This document shows, one piece after another, positions 38,071 through 49,715 of a DNA stretch of 64,000 nucleotides. Positions within the stretch are counted from its first letter, which is position 1, and each line of letters begins with the position of its first letter. The stretch spans positions 16,678,001-16,742,000 of the forward strand of contig OZ286460.1 of NCBI GenBank assembly GCA_965644265.1, given 5' to 3'. Origin of the DNA: Glycera tridactyla (Eukaryota). Both the position numbers and the translations under genes were made by a program. The notes under the pieces are model-generated. The model saw only the letters and a program-made list of their open reading frames with translations. It searched no databases and had not been told where the DNA came from.

Positions 38071-40328
38071 CTAGCATTTAAGCCATAATTTATGATTAAA
38101 AAAAGGTCCACAGGTCCCTATGACCTGGGATAATTAGTGTCGGTTTGCGGGGTTCAAAAATAACAAAGACTGCAATGAAATGTCAACTGCGTTACCATAC
38201 TATTAAACTCTGTTACTTCTTTGGTGATTGGTGACATAAAGTCTGAAAAGGTCCATAATCCCTGAGAACCTGATATACTTTGTGTCCGTTCATGGGCATA
38301 TAATCCATAGCGCTCTGTGGTATCCATGTCCATTCCGTTATCATGATGGTCAACTCTGTTACTTTCTCACTTAAATGAAGCAACAGCTTCACCGTGCACA
38401 AACTGACTGATGTATAAGGATTTTCTGGTTACCTAATCTGTATCTAGTATCAGTTCTGCATGCCTGTTCCTATGTCTTCAAGAATATTCAATACAATCAT
38501 TCATTTTGTCAACTCTGTTACTATTTGTGTCAACTTCATTACTATTTTGATGGTAACAGAGTTGACAGTAACGCAGTTGACAAATCTCCACATTTTGAAG
38601 CCCCTCTCCTGCTTAACCCCATGTCTTGACTCTATCTGTTGTTGCTGATGGTAAGTCTCACTTCAAGTTTAAGCAGATAAAATGACAGTTCCCTATCACT
38701 CTTCATCTGGGCAATAACTGGGTAACTCAGTTGACAGCAGATGATTGAGACAGCTTGTTTTCATAGAAAAGCCGCGCAAAACTGAGTATTTACATTTCCC
38801 ACCCACCACTGCTTTTATGCAGGTCAAAACAAGGAGGGAAATGACTGTTGCTTGGTGGAGACTTTTCACTCCCTGGTTCATTCTACATCCACTGGGAGTC
38901 ATTATACGGTGATGGTAACAGAGTTGACACAGGTCCTTGTGACCAGTATACGACTCATGAAATTCAGCAACTGTACATATCTTGGTGGGAACAACTATTA
39001 TTAGGTAAAAATACTGGTGTTTAGCCATCATTTTGTCTACAGAAATAGAATGTATAGTGAGTATGACATTCTTTTTTTGGAGTGTGAAGTCCATAACTCC
39101 AAGTTGTGACATGGCTTTCTGACTCAAATCACTGGCTTCGGGTGGACACAGCTTACACAAAATACCCAAATGATGGTGTTTATCATATAGGCATACTTTA
39201 CAACACCATTCTCCTTACCAACAAAGAGAGAGAAATCACTTCAGCCCCACCAACTGACTTTCAGCTGAGGGTGGCATGAAAGTCCCACTTATCTGAGAAT
39301 GACCCGTCTACATGTTTGATGAACCCCCCTTCCCCCTCACCCGATCCCTCCTACCCATCTGTTGGATCCTGGAACAGAGCATCTGGTTATGGTCAGAAAC
39401 CTGTTGTGATGTAAGTTTTATCAGCAGGTTGCCAGGGCAACTCTGTTATCTCAGGATCTGGTTGCCATGGTAACCAAGATAACCACACACTGTCAACACC
39501 TCCTCCTCACCCAACTCTGGTTAATGTGTATCTTATGAACTGAATTCTCGGCTTTGATCTTGAGTAATATGGTATGAATACTCCCCCACTTCAACCAAGT
39601 TGATTTCCAGATAGGTGGCTTGATTGATTTGCCTAGGTTTCTTGATTGATTGATCTATTGATTGATTAGTTTGAGATAGAGTCAGGGATGGATTGATTGA
39701 TATGTTGATTTCTGGTCTCTATTCAGGCCAAAATAATTAGGAGTCGGCTTGCCCCTAAGTTGATATCCTTGGTAGCCTGTGCCTGATGTTTGTAGCCTAT
39801 TAATACATTGTCAATTACGACCCCTCGAAGTTTTAGGGGTAGCTAACTTTTGAAATAAGGTAGCCAGAGTATGAATTTGGTATACTCTGACTACTGACAG
39901 GTAGCAACGTAGAGCCCTGGGATTGATTTCCCTGAGTTTCTCGATTGATTGATTGATCAGTCTGAGATAAAGTCAGGGATGGATGGGCTGATGGATGGTT
40001 TGATTGTTCCATCTGAATTCATTGATTGATTGATTGATCGATTGATTGATTGATTGATTGATGGGTGATGGATGGATGGATACAGGGAGGACATGGGTGA
40101 GCTTTCATCCAATGAAATCAGGTATCTGACTTTTGCAACATTTTGTAATTTTCCTTCTTAGTAGAGAATTCCCCACAATTTCACTTATAAATCCTCAACA
40201 TTTTTGGTGACTGTCCTCACACCCTTCATAAAAATGTACCAAAGGTAGCGTATTCAAATTTATGCAAAATGAGATTGAATTCAGATGTTGTAGATTTTAA
40301 AATGTTCACTGTGAACTCAAAACAGGTA

Positions 40329-40506
40329 CAGTCAAACTTGTCCTAAGCATGAAGCCGCGGGACATGAAAAATGTGTGTGCTTAGAGCAAGTTCATGCTTA
40401 GTACAGGTCAAATATAGTGAAAAATACTCTGGTGGGATGAGCAGAATCCTATTGCTTAGAACAAGTTCTTGCTTAGGACAAGTCTTGCTTAGGACAAGTT
40501 TGACTG
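40329..40506. mobile_element. TcMar-type MITE (TAAGCA subfamily), TA TSD
   Basis: TA|CAGTCAAACTTGTCCTAAGCA...TGCTTAGGACAAGTTTGACTG|TA. Confidence 0.9.
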
Positions 40507-43500
40507 TATAAGTTCGCATGGAACAACATAAGCACAGTTTCTCCGAGCAGCAGGTCTCGGTCCTCCACAGTGAGTCAGACTGGTTCCAACGAGGGGTAGC
40601 AAAATCGATTCACATCCACTGAGAGGAACCCACACTCAACAGGGACCGAGGCGGACATAATCTCCCGCCAATATACCGGGAGATTTTGACAACATCACAT
40701 GACTTCCGCTCGTCAACCAAGTCACGTGATGATGCAACATCAACGCAGTAGCCATAGTTGAGAAAAGATTCCGGATAGAAATCTGAAAGCTTCTAGCTTC
40801 TAAACCAAACTGTGAGTATCGTGAACTTCCTACCTGGATAAAGGTATGAGTACATTTGTGACCAGCAAGTACCTGTGTTCAAGGGACCAAATATAGATCG
40901 CTTGGTCATTGGATGTTCCACTGTAATATCAAGTGCATCTTTTCCTATATATGGCAGACTCAGACCATGTACAGTCATATTGTAAATAATTGTCTGATAT
41001 TTATGGGGGACATTTATGAGGTTATAGTACGAGTGATCTGTGGATGGGGCCCTGATCAGGCGATGGGTGGGGGGGGGGGGGGTTGGTCAGAGAGAGGCCG
41101 CTGGTACATTGATATAATTTGACAAGAATCATATGTTTGTTGCTAGGACCCCCCCCCCCCCCCTCCTCTCCTCCATCTGCCCATTCATCATCATCACCAG
41201 CCACTCTTTTATCTCTGTTGCTGTGTTTGTCTCCTCATCCCTGCTGCCTTCCTCCCTAACAACACGATCTATCTCTGTAACCCATTGGTCACAGCAGTTT
41301 GGTGATGAATTTGATATCAATTAAGCCCAGTTTGATAGATTTTGAACAAAAATCATGATATTTTTGCCATGAAATTGATGAAGTCACTCCAGGTTATCTG
41401 CCATCTTGGGCCTTATCAGGCATGGAGTACCAATTACAAAACTGATCATGGTGCTTCCATAGTTTTCATGAAGTGGTGAACTGCCCAAGAGGGGCTACTC
41501 CATCCAAAATTACTATCACAGAAGTTTTCCTTTGTTTTCATGATGAAACTTGGGATTAACCAGATTTATCAAATGTTTTCAATGATGTATATTGACTCCT
41601 TGATCATGGTTCCATCATGGTAAATCATGGTAAGATATGATGGCTTGTTGCAATATTCCCGTGTAATGCATGAATTGGCTTGTCTTCATGTATCTCTTTG
41701 ATGTACTGTATTTAAGTCATTGTAACCAGGTTGAGTAAACATGGTGGTAGAACTATGTGTGGGAATTTGATTGAATCCAGAGTTTTCATGGCCAAATGAT
41801 TTGGTTCATCATACACCAGGTTGACCTTTATGACCAGTATGTATATGCTTGAAAAACCATCAGATAAAGATTTTGTTGCCTTAATTGTATATGGTGGTCT
41901 CTTGGTACAGGTTTCACTATGTATCAGCAGCTTTACCAATGTCTACTCAGTCTATGGTGTGCTGTTGAATCAGATACACTGCATGTAATTTGACTCGTAA
42001 AATCCAGACACCCAGTCATTTCAACCTCATGGGATATCATGAAAATACAGTAATCATGGGCTCTTGAGTGATATCTCCTGGGTGAGAATAGATCTGTTAC
42101 GGCCGGGATATGTTTCTGGCGATGAAGAAGAGTCACAGGGTGTGATTTGCCGAGATTTACAGGGGTCATGTCATCCACAATGACCACTAATGTATGTTTA
42201 TGAGCTCGGAGTGATTTTTTTGTAAGCACCCAGAATGGGTAAGGGTAATCTGTGGTTGTTTCATGGTAGTTTGGGAGGGATACAGCATGTGAACAAACCA
42301 TAGATATTGACAAACCACGATGAGTCTGTAACTTGAGTGAGTCTGTCCCTTGGGTCACTTGTTCATCACCTGATGATTGGCACTTGGACGTGATGATCCT
42401 GGAAATATCAATGTTAAAATTTGTCCATGCTTATTTTGTGTGAATCCATTTCAATTCTGAAAAGTCAAATTCTTTCTCTGTGAATCTTTCAACCTAGATG
42501 AGCGATAACTCAGAAATTGCTGTGGAATCTGTCATGATGAGATCAAAGTAAAATTTGCAGATATCAGCGAGTACTGTGCCATTTAGGAGATGACACTTAT
42601 CTTAATGACCAATCTGCACTATCATGCTTGTTATGCAATAAAAATATGAAAGTCTTACTCGCCAATTGCGGCATATTCTAATGAATACAGAAAATATGAA
42701 ATTCTGTTTTTCTGTGGTGCTGATTTTTTCTGGCCTTGATAATCTCATCAGACATGTGCTGTGCATGTGTCTTCTGATGCATTCAGTCCATATTATCGTA
42801 CAGTTCATGAGCTGTATATTACTCAGGTTCTTCTGTATTCTATTCATATACACCACCTTCATGCAGGGCTTTACACTAACATTATTCTTCAGTTGTCCTA
42901 TAGGCATGTGAAGGACGATTTCCACCTGCCCACAACATTGTTCCTGACTTTCTACCTGTAATCATGGACTGACTAATGGTTCTGCACCTGCCCATTTGGC
43001 AGGCAGACTTGATACAATTACCTGCCCTAACATTGAATCTGCCAGTTTGAACCAATAGTGCAGGCCTGAGCATGTATGAGCCATGTTCCTTGAAGAAGTT
43101 TCCTCTGTTTTACATCGTGACGCCAATTCATTCTGTTTGAAGCGAATATCCAGACCTTCCTGAGCTGTCCCGATCATGCATGCTCACAGGCCATGAATTT
43201 TGCCTTATGCATGTTTATACATATCAGTTTTATACCAATGACATTCTGACACCTGTTTATACATCCCTAGGCAAGCACCCTGTCCACTACTGCCAGGTTA
43301 CTGATGTCTTGAACATAATGCTAGCCATTGATATCCCAGTCAACATGCACTGTGTACTCTGCAAATTAGAAACTCTGTAATATTAAAATGTTGGAATTAA
43401 CCATTCATCGCCTATTAATGTGCAATAGTGTAGTACTCGCATTAGCACCATGTACCAATTTCTTGTAGCTGGTTTGCTTTTGTTTCCAATAAAAAACTTA

Positions 43501-43619
43501 TTTTTTGAGCCAAATTCTCTGCCAATTCAATCTGTTTCACGTATACATTTTTACATTTATATCAAATCTATGTTTGAATTTTACTTTTTGAGCATTTAAG
43601 CTACAAAAATATGCTTCAG

Positions 43620-44165
43620 TGTTCAAACACAAATTCACTGTGTCTTGGGTAGATCAGAGTGATCGTTCAGAATGCCCCACAATATCTTGTAGCAAATTTA
43701 GCTGAAGATGAGTGAATTTCTAGAGCCCAATGTGATGAAAGGTTTAGTCGCTGGCATTTTGACTAATGGTTAGCACTAACAGCGAGTTACCGTGCGATTG
43801 ATCCATCTTTTGACAGAGAGTTGTAGATCAATCTGGGCGGTCATTGGTGACTTGTCAGAGGGGACATTGTCCACCATGATGGATTCGCCACTATACCATT
43901 CGTGACTCCATTGATTGAAGATGACTGAAAGGACACAGTCAATGACGGAGTTTACAGGCTGTTTACAAAATTGATTGATCGGTTTGCTGGGTAATATTCA
44001 TCCATCACCCAAAGGGTTATATAGAGCTATTAGGGCTGAAGTCAATTCTGGTTTCAACACACTCTTACCCAGTTAGGGTTTCTTGTTGTATTGAATATCC
44101 TGTACATATTGTACATGAATGTAACCGGTGAATGATAAATAAAAGTGTCTCAAATTCAAACTTAA
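43620..44165 (+). mobile_element. Old L2-like LINE 3' fragment
   Basis: Decayed peptide APQYLVANL...W.ALTASYRAIDPSFDREL resembles the L2 ORF2 end; AATAAA and a tcaaattcaaac tail near 44140-44162. Confidence 0.4.
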
Positions 44166-44229
44166 GTAAAGAGACTCTGTTTGGGAATGATCCCAGTCTC
44201 TTTAGGCACAGCACTGGATCACTCACTTA

Positions 44230-44580
44230 CAGTCAAACATGTCTACAAAGACCTTCCTCAGTCACATGAAAAATGGCCTTTACAGAGGTGGCGTTTGTAA
44301 GAAAGGTCAATTACTGGAGAAAATACCCTTGTGCTCACGGCTCCAGGTGGCCTTTGTAGGCAGGTGACCTTTGTATAGAAGTGGTCTCTTGAGCAGGTTT
44401 GACAGTATATGTGAGTAGACACTTACACACAGGGCTTGTCTGCAACCATTTATATGTAGAGTTAAACCTGCATCAGGAGACCAGCTTAGATGTCACCAGA
44501 ATGTGGTCTTTCAAAAGAGGTGGTATCTCTTCAGTGTAGTCTCCAATCGGAGGTGGTCTCATTAGGTGGTCTCTTGTCTC
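44230..44580. mobile_element. TcMar-type MITEs (44230-44405 plus a partial copy 44459-44580)
   Basis: TA|CAGTCAAACATGTCTACAAAGACC...GAGCAGGTTTGACAG|TA. Confidence 0.75.
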
Positions 44581-45589
44581 ATTGTATCCATCAATCATTC
44601 AATGGGTTTTATGGGGCTGATAGTGCTGAAGCCAAAATTCTTATTGTGTGGGAACAATCCTCTGCTCTTTGTAAGCACAGCAGTGGATCATTCCTAGATG
44701 TGTGAATACAGCTGCTCGTACACCGTTCCTGCCTTCAATCATATGTACACAGAGATAATAGCAATGTTGAAGACCATTGTCCCTTATTCATATTATGGAA
44801 ATCTACATGATCTGCCCTTGCACTGGCTCACCTTTGGATGTGATGGAAACTGATATAATGCCTCAATCTTCATGTGTTGTGGTCATTGATGGGGTCAGAA
44901 TGTTTGTATTATGCATTCCGACTTTGTGCACATCATCTGAGTGGAGTCTGAGAGACATCAATGATGGCAGTGTCTCCTGCATCCCTGGCCTGTTGGAGGC
45001 TCCACTCTTTGATGACTTCTTTAAAATAAGGAAAGTTCATTAGAAGTGTTGTTTGCCACCGGAAGTGGCATCTCGCTCCACTGGGGGTTTCTATCTAATC
45101 GTGAAGCTCTATAATGAAGAATGGTGTCTTATTATGTGACAACAGAGCTGATGGTTCATTTAGAAAGTGACGCTCTCTTTGTCTAGGGATACCTCACCCA
45201 TCATAGTCTCAGTTGCTCTCACTCTCTTGCTCTCTCGCTCTGTCTCTCTTTCCATCTGTCTGTCTGCCTGTCTGTCTCTCTTTCTCTCTCTCTATCTCTC
45301 TCTCGTCCTCTCTGTCTCACTCTCATTCNNNNNNNNNNNNNNNNNNNNNNNNNNNNNNNNNNNNNNNNNNNNNNNNNNNNNNNNNNNNNNNNNNNNNNNN
45401 NNNNNNNNNNNNNNNNNNNNNNNNNNNNNNNNNNNNNNNNNNNNNNNNNNNNNNNNNNNNNNNNNNNNNNNNNNNNNNNNNNNNNNNNNNNNNNNNNNNN
45501 NNNNNNNNNNNNNNNNNNNNNNNNNNNNNNNNNNNNNNNNNNNNNNNNNNNNNNNNNNNNNNNNNNNNNNNNNNNNNNNNNNNNCGCCC

Positions 45590-45830
45590 CCCCCCCCTGC
45601 CACACACACACACACTCCATCCATCCATCCATTCGAAACATGTGCATGCACCCCCCCCACACACACACACACACACATACACTCCATCCATCCATCCATT
45701 CGAAACATGTGCATGCACCCCCCCCCCCCCCCCACACACACCATTTATCCATCCATCCATCCATTCGAAACATGTGCATGCAACCCCCCCCCCACCCCAT
45801 CCCCACCCCCACCCCCCACACACACTACTG
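45590..45830. repeat. About 65-bp compound minisatellite (CA)n-(CCAT)n-TCGAAACATGTGCATGCA-C-run, three copies next to an N run
   Basis: ccatccattcgaaacatgtgcatgca occurs three times. Confidence 0.9.
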
Positions 45831-48287
45831 TAGTACTACTAGTGGCCATGGTCTCAGAGACACAGTTACATAATTTACATCAATATTTGGCATCTTTCCT
45901 TCCTCATCCATCCTTGCTATCCCACCCCAGCAGCAGCCCCAGAGCATCACTAAACACCCCCCCCCCCCCCCCCAACTTCAAGCTGAGATCAGAAATATGC
46001 AATGGGTGTTTTATTGAAAACGTCCCATGACAGGCTTGTCACATAATCTATACATTCCGCTCAAGAAATTGCATCCTTTTTCAGGCCATCAATTACAAAG
46101 ATCCAATGAGAATATATCGTTATTTCTCGTCATCAGTTGATAGTTGAACAAGGAGCATACATGATATTTCAGGTTGATACATGCCTTCAAACATCAATCA
46201 ATCAATCAACAGTAAGTCGCTTCTCCTGACTGTGACGGTTGCTGCTTCCACCTTATCTGTGTTTTCACTGAGCACTCAGTTGAGTGAGCCACCTTCAGTT
46301 GATGGTGTAATCTCCCGAGTTAGATCATGGCTGGCATGTGGGGCTAATGTGGAGATATTTGGGAGCGGATTTGCAGATGCAGGTGCTCCCTACCACACTT
46401 TGACCTTCNNNNNNNNNNNNNNNNNNNNNNNNNNNNNNNNNNNNNNNNNNNNNNNNNNNNNNNNNNNNNNNNNNNNNNNNNNNNNNNNNNNNNNNNNNNN
46501 NNNNNNNNNNNNNNNNNNNNNNNNNNNNNNNNNNNNNNNNNNNNNNNNNNNNNNNNNNNNNNNNNAAGAACCTCATCTGTTCGAGAAATCCTATTCAGAT
46601 GTAGCAAAGATGACATTCATGTCACTATGTGAGTACAATAACAGGAAGTTTGAGCTTACTCGAGTGTGAGCAGTGCATCTATTGTAGTCTCTCTCATTGG
46701 AGCTGAAGATTCTTTCACTATACATGCATGAGACTAAGAGTTTTCTGAGAGCAATTTCCCTAACTTTGACTGAATTCATGTGCTCACACACTACTACTAC
46801 AGTGCCACCTATGACATGCGACCACATTGAATGTCACCATGAAGCAGTCTTGACAAAGATGGTCTCTCGTGATAGGTACATATCTGGATATGTCAGTTAG
46901 AAAAACTGCCCAAGGAAAGTGGTTTCCATTGGAGGTAGTCACTTGCTGGCGTCTCTTGTTGAGAGGTCTCCATGATGAGCGGTCTGAGGGATGAATGACC
47001 CCTGCCCCGTGCAATCACTGCAAGATTGATTTAAGGGCGGTCACTTATAACAAGTTTTCAAGTTTTACTTCATTATCGCATCCTCATAGCAAGCGCTGCA
47101 GTTGCCATGACTGCTTTCTTTCAAATGTTGACTTTATTGCTACCACCGCTGTCTCCAATGCTGCCACTGCCCCACCATCTGACCCAGACCAGAAAACTAT
47201 AGTCTGTCCATGCATATGTCTATGAAATTCCATAATGAAAAAATGATATCAATATGTTGCTTCAAACTGGCGGGGAATTTTAGGAGAGAATCTTTTGAGA
47301 ATATGTGGGGGTATTTTCAGAAAATTCAAGGATACTTTAACAAATTCTGCTACACCTCATCAGCATCATTGTATTTCAGAATGCAGCTTTGCCTGAGTGA
47401 ATGAGTCTGAGACATTTTGCCAGTAGATGGCAGTTGTGATGATTCACTCATTTGGTGTCTCACCTGTTGCAATTAGCATTTAACCACTTAATTTCCAATG
47501 ATAAATTGTGTCTGTAGATTAACACAGCCATTTGAAGTTTGTTCTCAATTGAAAGATCATTTTGATTGATATATTCACTTTCAATGACTTTCCCATGGCC
47601 TTAGATAGCATTGGTGATAGCCATCTACAGTATGCTTATAGAGGAAGAAAGCGTCAAGGCTTGATTTTGTTTCTGAGGCAAAGAGACCGTTTTCAAGGAT
47701 GTCTGGGATGGACTGTAGTTTGATTAAAAATCATGGCATTTTAGAGGGAGGAGGGGGGGGGGGGCACTACTCTCCTGTGGCCCCTCTGTCTCACTTGTCC
47801 CATTATCATTAACCTGGATGCTCCAGTAGCATCTCATCTTGGCCGTGTTTCACTTACATTTAGGCATTGCTACCCCCTGAGTATGTTTCACCAGGAGTAG
47901 GTGCTAGTATTTACTACATAATTTGAAAATGATAAAAATAACAGACGCTTCAAGCACCGATTAGATATTTGTGTATTCCTACTCTGTTGTGAAAAGTGCC
48001 CATGACCTTGAAATAACCTCATTAGGGAGAATGTTGGCAATGTGGATTTGTCACTCACAGGGTACGCATTCATTTAAAGTAGTCTCCAGCTCTCTCAAAT
48101 GTTGAAGGTGTCATTAATTTTGAGGTAATGATCTTGAACTTTACTGAAATTCTCCCTTGAATACATTGGACATTTCTCATGATGGCTGCCTATTCAGGTG
48201 GTCTTTTGTCTAGACTTGTTGCCTATCCACCACCCTTTGTTGCAATCCAGGCCTTTGACATTCCTCATTAATGATACCCCCTCCATA

Positions 48288-49068
48288 TACAGCCAAGAGA
48301 CTGCCCCTATACAAAGGCCACCTGCCTGCAAAGGTCACTCTGAGCCGTAACCATGATATTATCTTCTACAGGAAACAACCTCTCTATAGATAATGCATCA
48401 TGGGGAATTTTTTCGGACAGGCTCAACTGTATATTGGACTTGTCTGCAAAATCCTTCTTTTCTTATAATCCTTGTCATTTCTCTGATACTTCCTATGGGA
48501 AACCATGTCTTGAGACTAAATTTTATAGAATTGAACTGTTGCCTTTTGCAGAATTTGAATGGTTGTATTTTGCGGAATTGAATTGGTGCATTTTGCAGAA
48601 TTGAATTGGTGCATTTTGCAGAATTGAATTGGTGCATTTTGCAGGATTGCATGGTGCTTTTTGTGGAATTGCCTGGTGCTTTTTTGTTGGATTGATCGCT
48701 TTCACATCCCACAAGAGGTAGATCAATCACTAAACTGCTCATGAGGGTCATACATGTATCAGATCACTCAAGTTCCCTCAGTTGTCATGGCCTCAGACCA
48801 TAGTAGGCAATACATGTATTGAATCCCTTCCTCATCAAATTGATGGATCTCCCATTGTCAATGCAACTTTGGTTACTGTAGTTTGGGAACAATTCCATGA
48901 CGACCGAGGGTAATACCCCATTAACCTGTCTACAAAGACCACCATTGGTTACTTGGAAAAGTGGTCTTTGCAGACAGGTGACTATAGAGAGGGAATTTAC
49001 TGTGGAAAATACTATCGCGTTCAAGTCTGGTGTATGTATGCAGGTGGTCTTTGAAGCAGGTCAGACTG
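48288..49068. mobile_element. Two degenerate TcMar-type MITEs (about 48288-48428 and 48910-49068)
   Basis: AAAGGCCACCTGCC and AAAGACCACC/GTGGTCTTT motifs, the central ATTTACTGTGGAAAATAC motif, and terminal caggctcaactg/caggtcagactg. Confidence 0.65.
48528..48690. repeat. 23-bp minisatellite GAATTGAATTGGTGCATTTTGCA
   Basis: Three perfect central copies with degenerate flanking copies. Confidence 0.9.
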
Positions 49069-49715
49069 TGCCACTATCATGTTACCTAGATATTGCTGAA
49101 CTACATGGCTAGTGAAATGGATGCATTCATAGTCTGTTGACTTTAACAATCATGTTAGGAAGGTGCCAAGTATCTCTGATATCCAAGAGGTTTCAAGAGG
49201 TATGTTTAAAGCTGGGATTATCCTGATATCATGTGAGTGGCTTTATCTCAATAACCAACCAACACTTACCTCAAATTAGCTGCCTTTGAAGTGGGTACCC
49301 CCCCCCCCTCCCCACTCGTCATATCTTTGAAGTGCTTTCACTCAGAATAATGTTGAAGCAAATTTTCCACCTGTATAATTTTCATTTTTGTCCCTCAAAT
49401 TCAAATACAAGTGAGACAATGATGAAAAATCACCAGAGATGAGCAAACATATTTTGAAGAGAGTTTCTGTATTATTTCTTTGCGAAGATTCTGGCAACTA
49501 TCAAGCACTTGTGTTAGAGGAGCAAATATGAAGGAATTGAGGGTGTTTGATTGTAAGAAACTGCCTCTTTATTGAGGTCACCTGGCTACAAAGACTGCGC
49601 TCAGTGGTATCATCAACCCTGATCATCTTTATAGATGTTCTTTTCAATTTTTATTTATTCATTTATCTGTTCATTTATCTATTCATTTATTCATTTCTTC
49701 AACTACCTGTCTTAA

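Larger units (their letters stand above)
34341..39305. mobile_element. 4965-bp TIR DNA transposon, decayed; tentatively Sola2-like (GGG termini, 4-bp TSD)
   Basis: Perfect 27-bp TIR GGGTCATTCTCAGATAAGTGGGACTTT (34341-34367 and 39279-39305). GTCT is duplicated at 34337-34340 and 39306-39309. A paralogous empty site tatgtgtctacatg lies at about 32935-32948. The element boundaries are solid; the superfamily is inferred. Confidence 0.88.
32868..41059. repeat. Local tandem segmental duplication: unit A 32868-34164; unit B 34265-41059, expanded by later insertions
   Basis: Collinear matches: 32868-32955 with 34265-34340 plus 39306-39325; 32996-33400 with 39356-39710; 33400-33715 with 39920-40328; 34012-34164 with 40905-41059. 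Confidence 0.9.

Noticed and set aside
38696-39169. 157-aa minus-strand ORF in the right end of the 34341-39305 element
   Set aside because: It runs through the subterminal motif array, has no recognisable domain, and has no splice link to the cryptic gene.
45167-46030. Long ORFs spanning N runs and microsatellites (also 8055-8571, 16001-16552, 18031-18523, 18986-19649, 32447-33050, 54986-55519, 61749-62277)
   Set aside because: They are open only because of N stretches or simple repeats.
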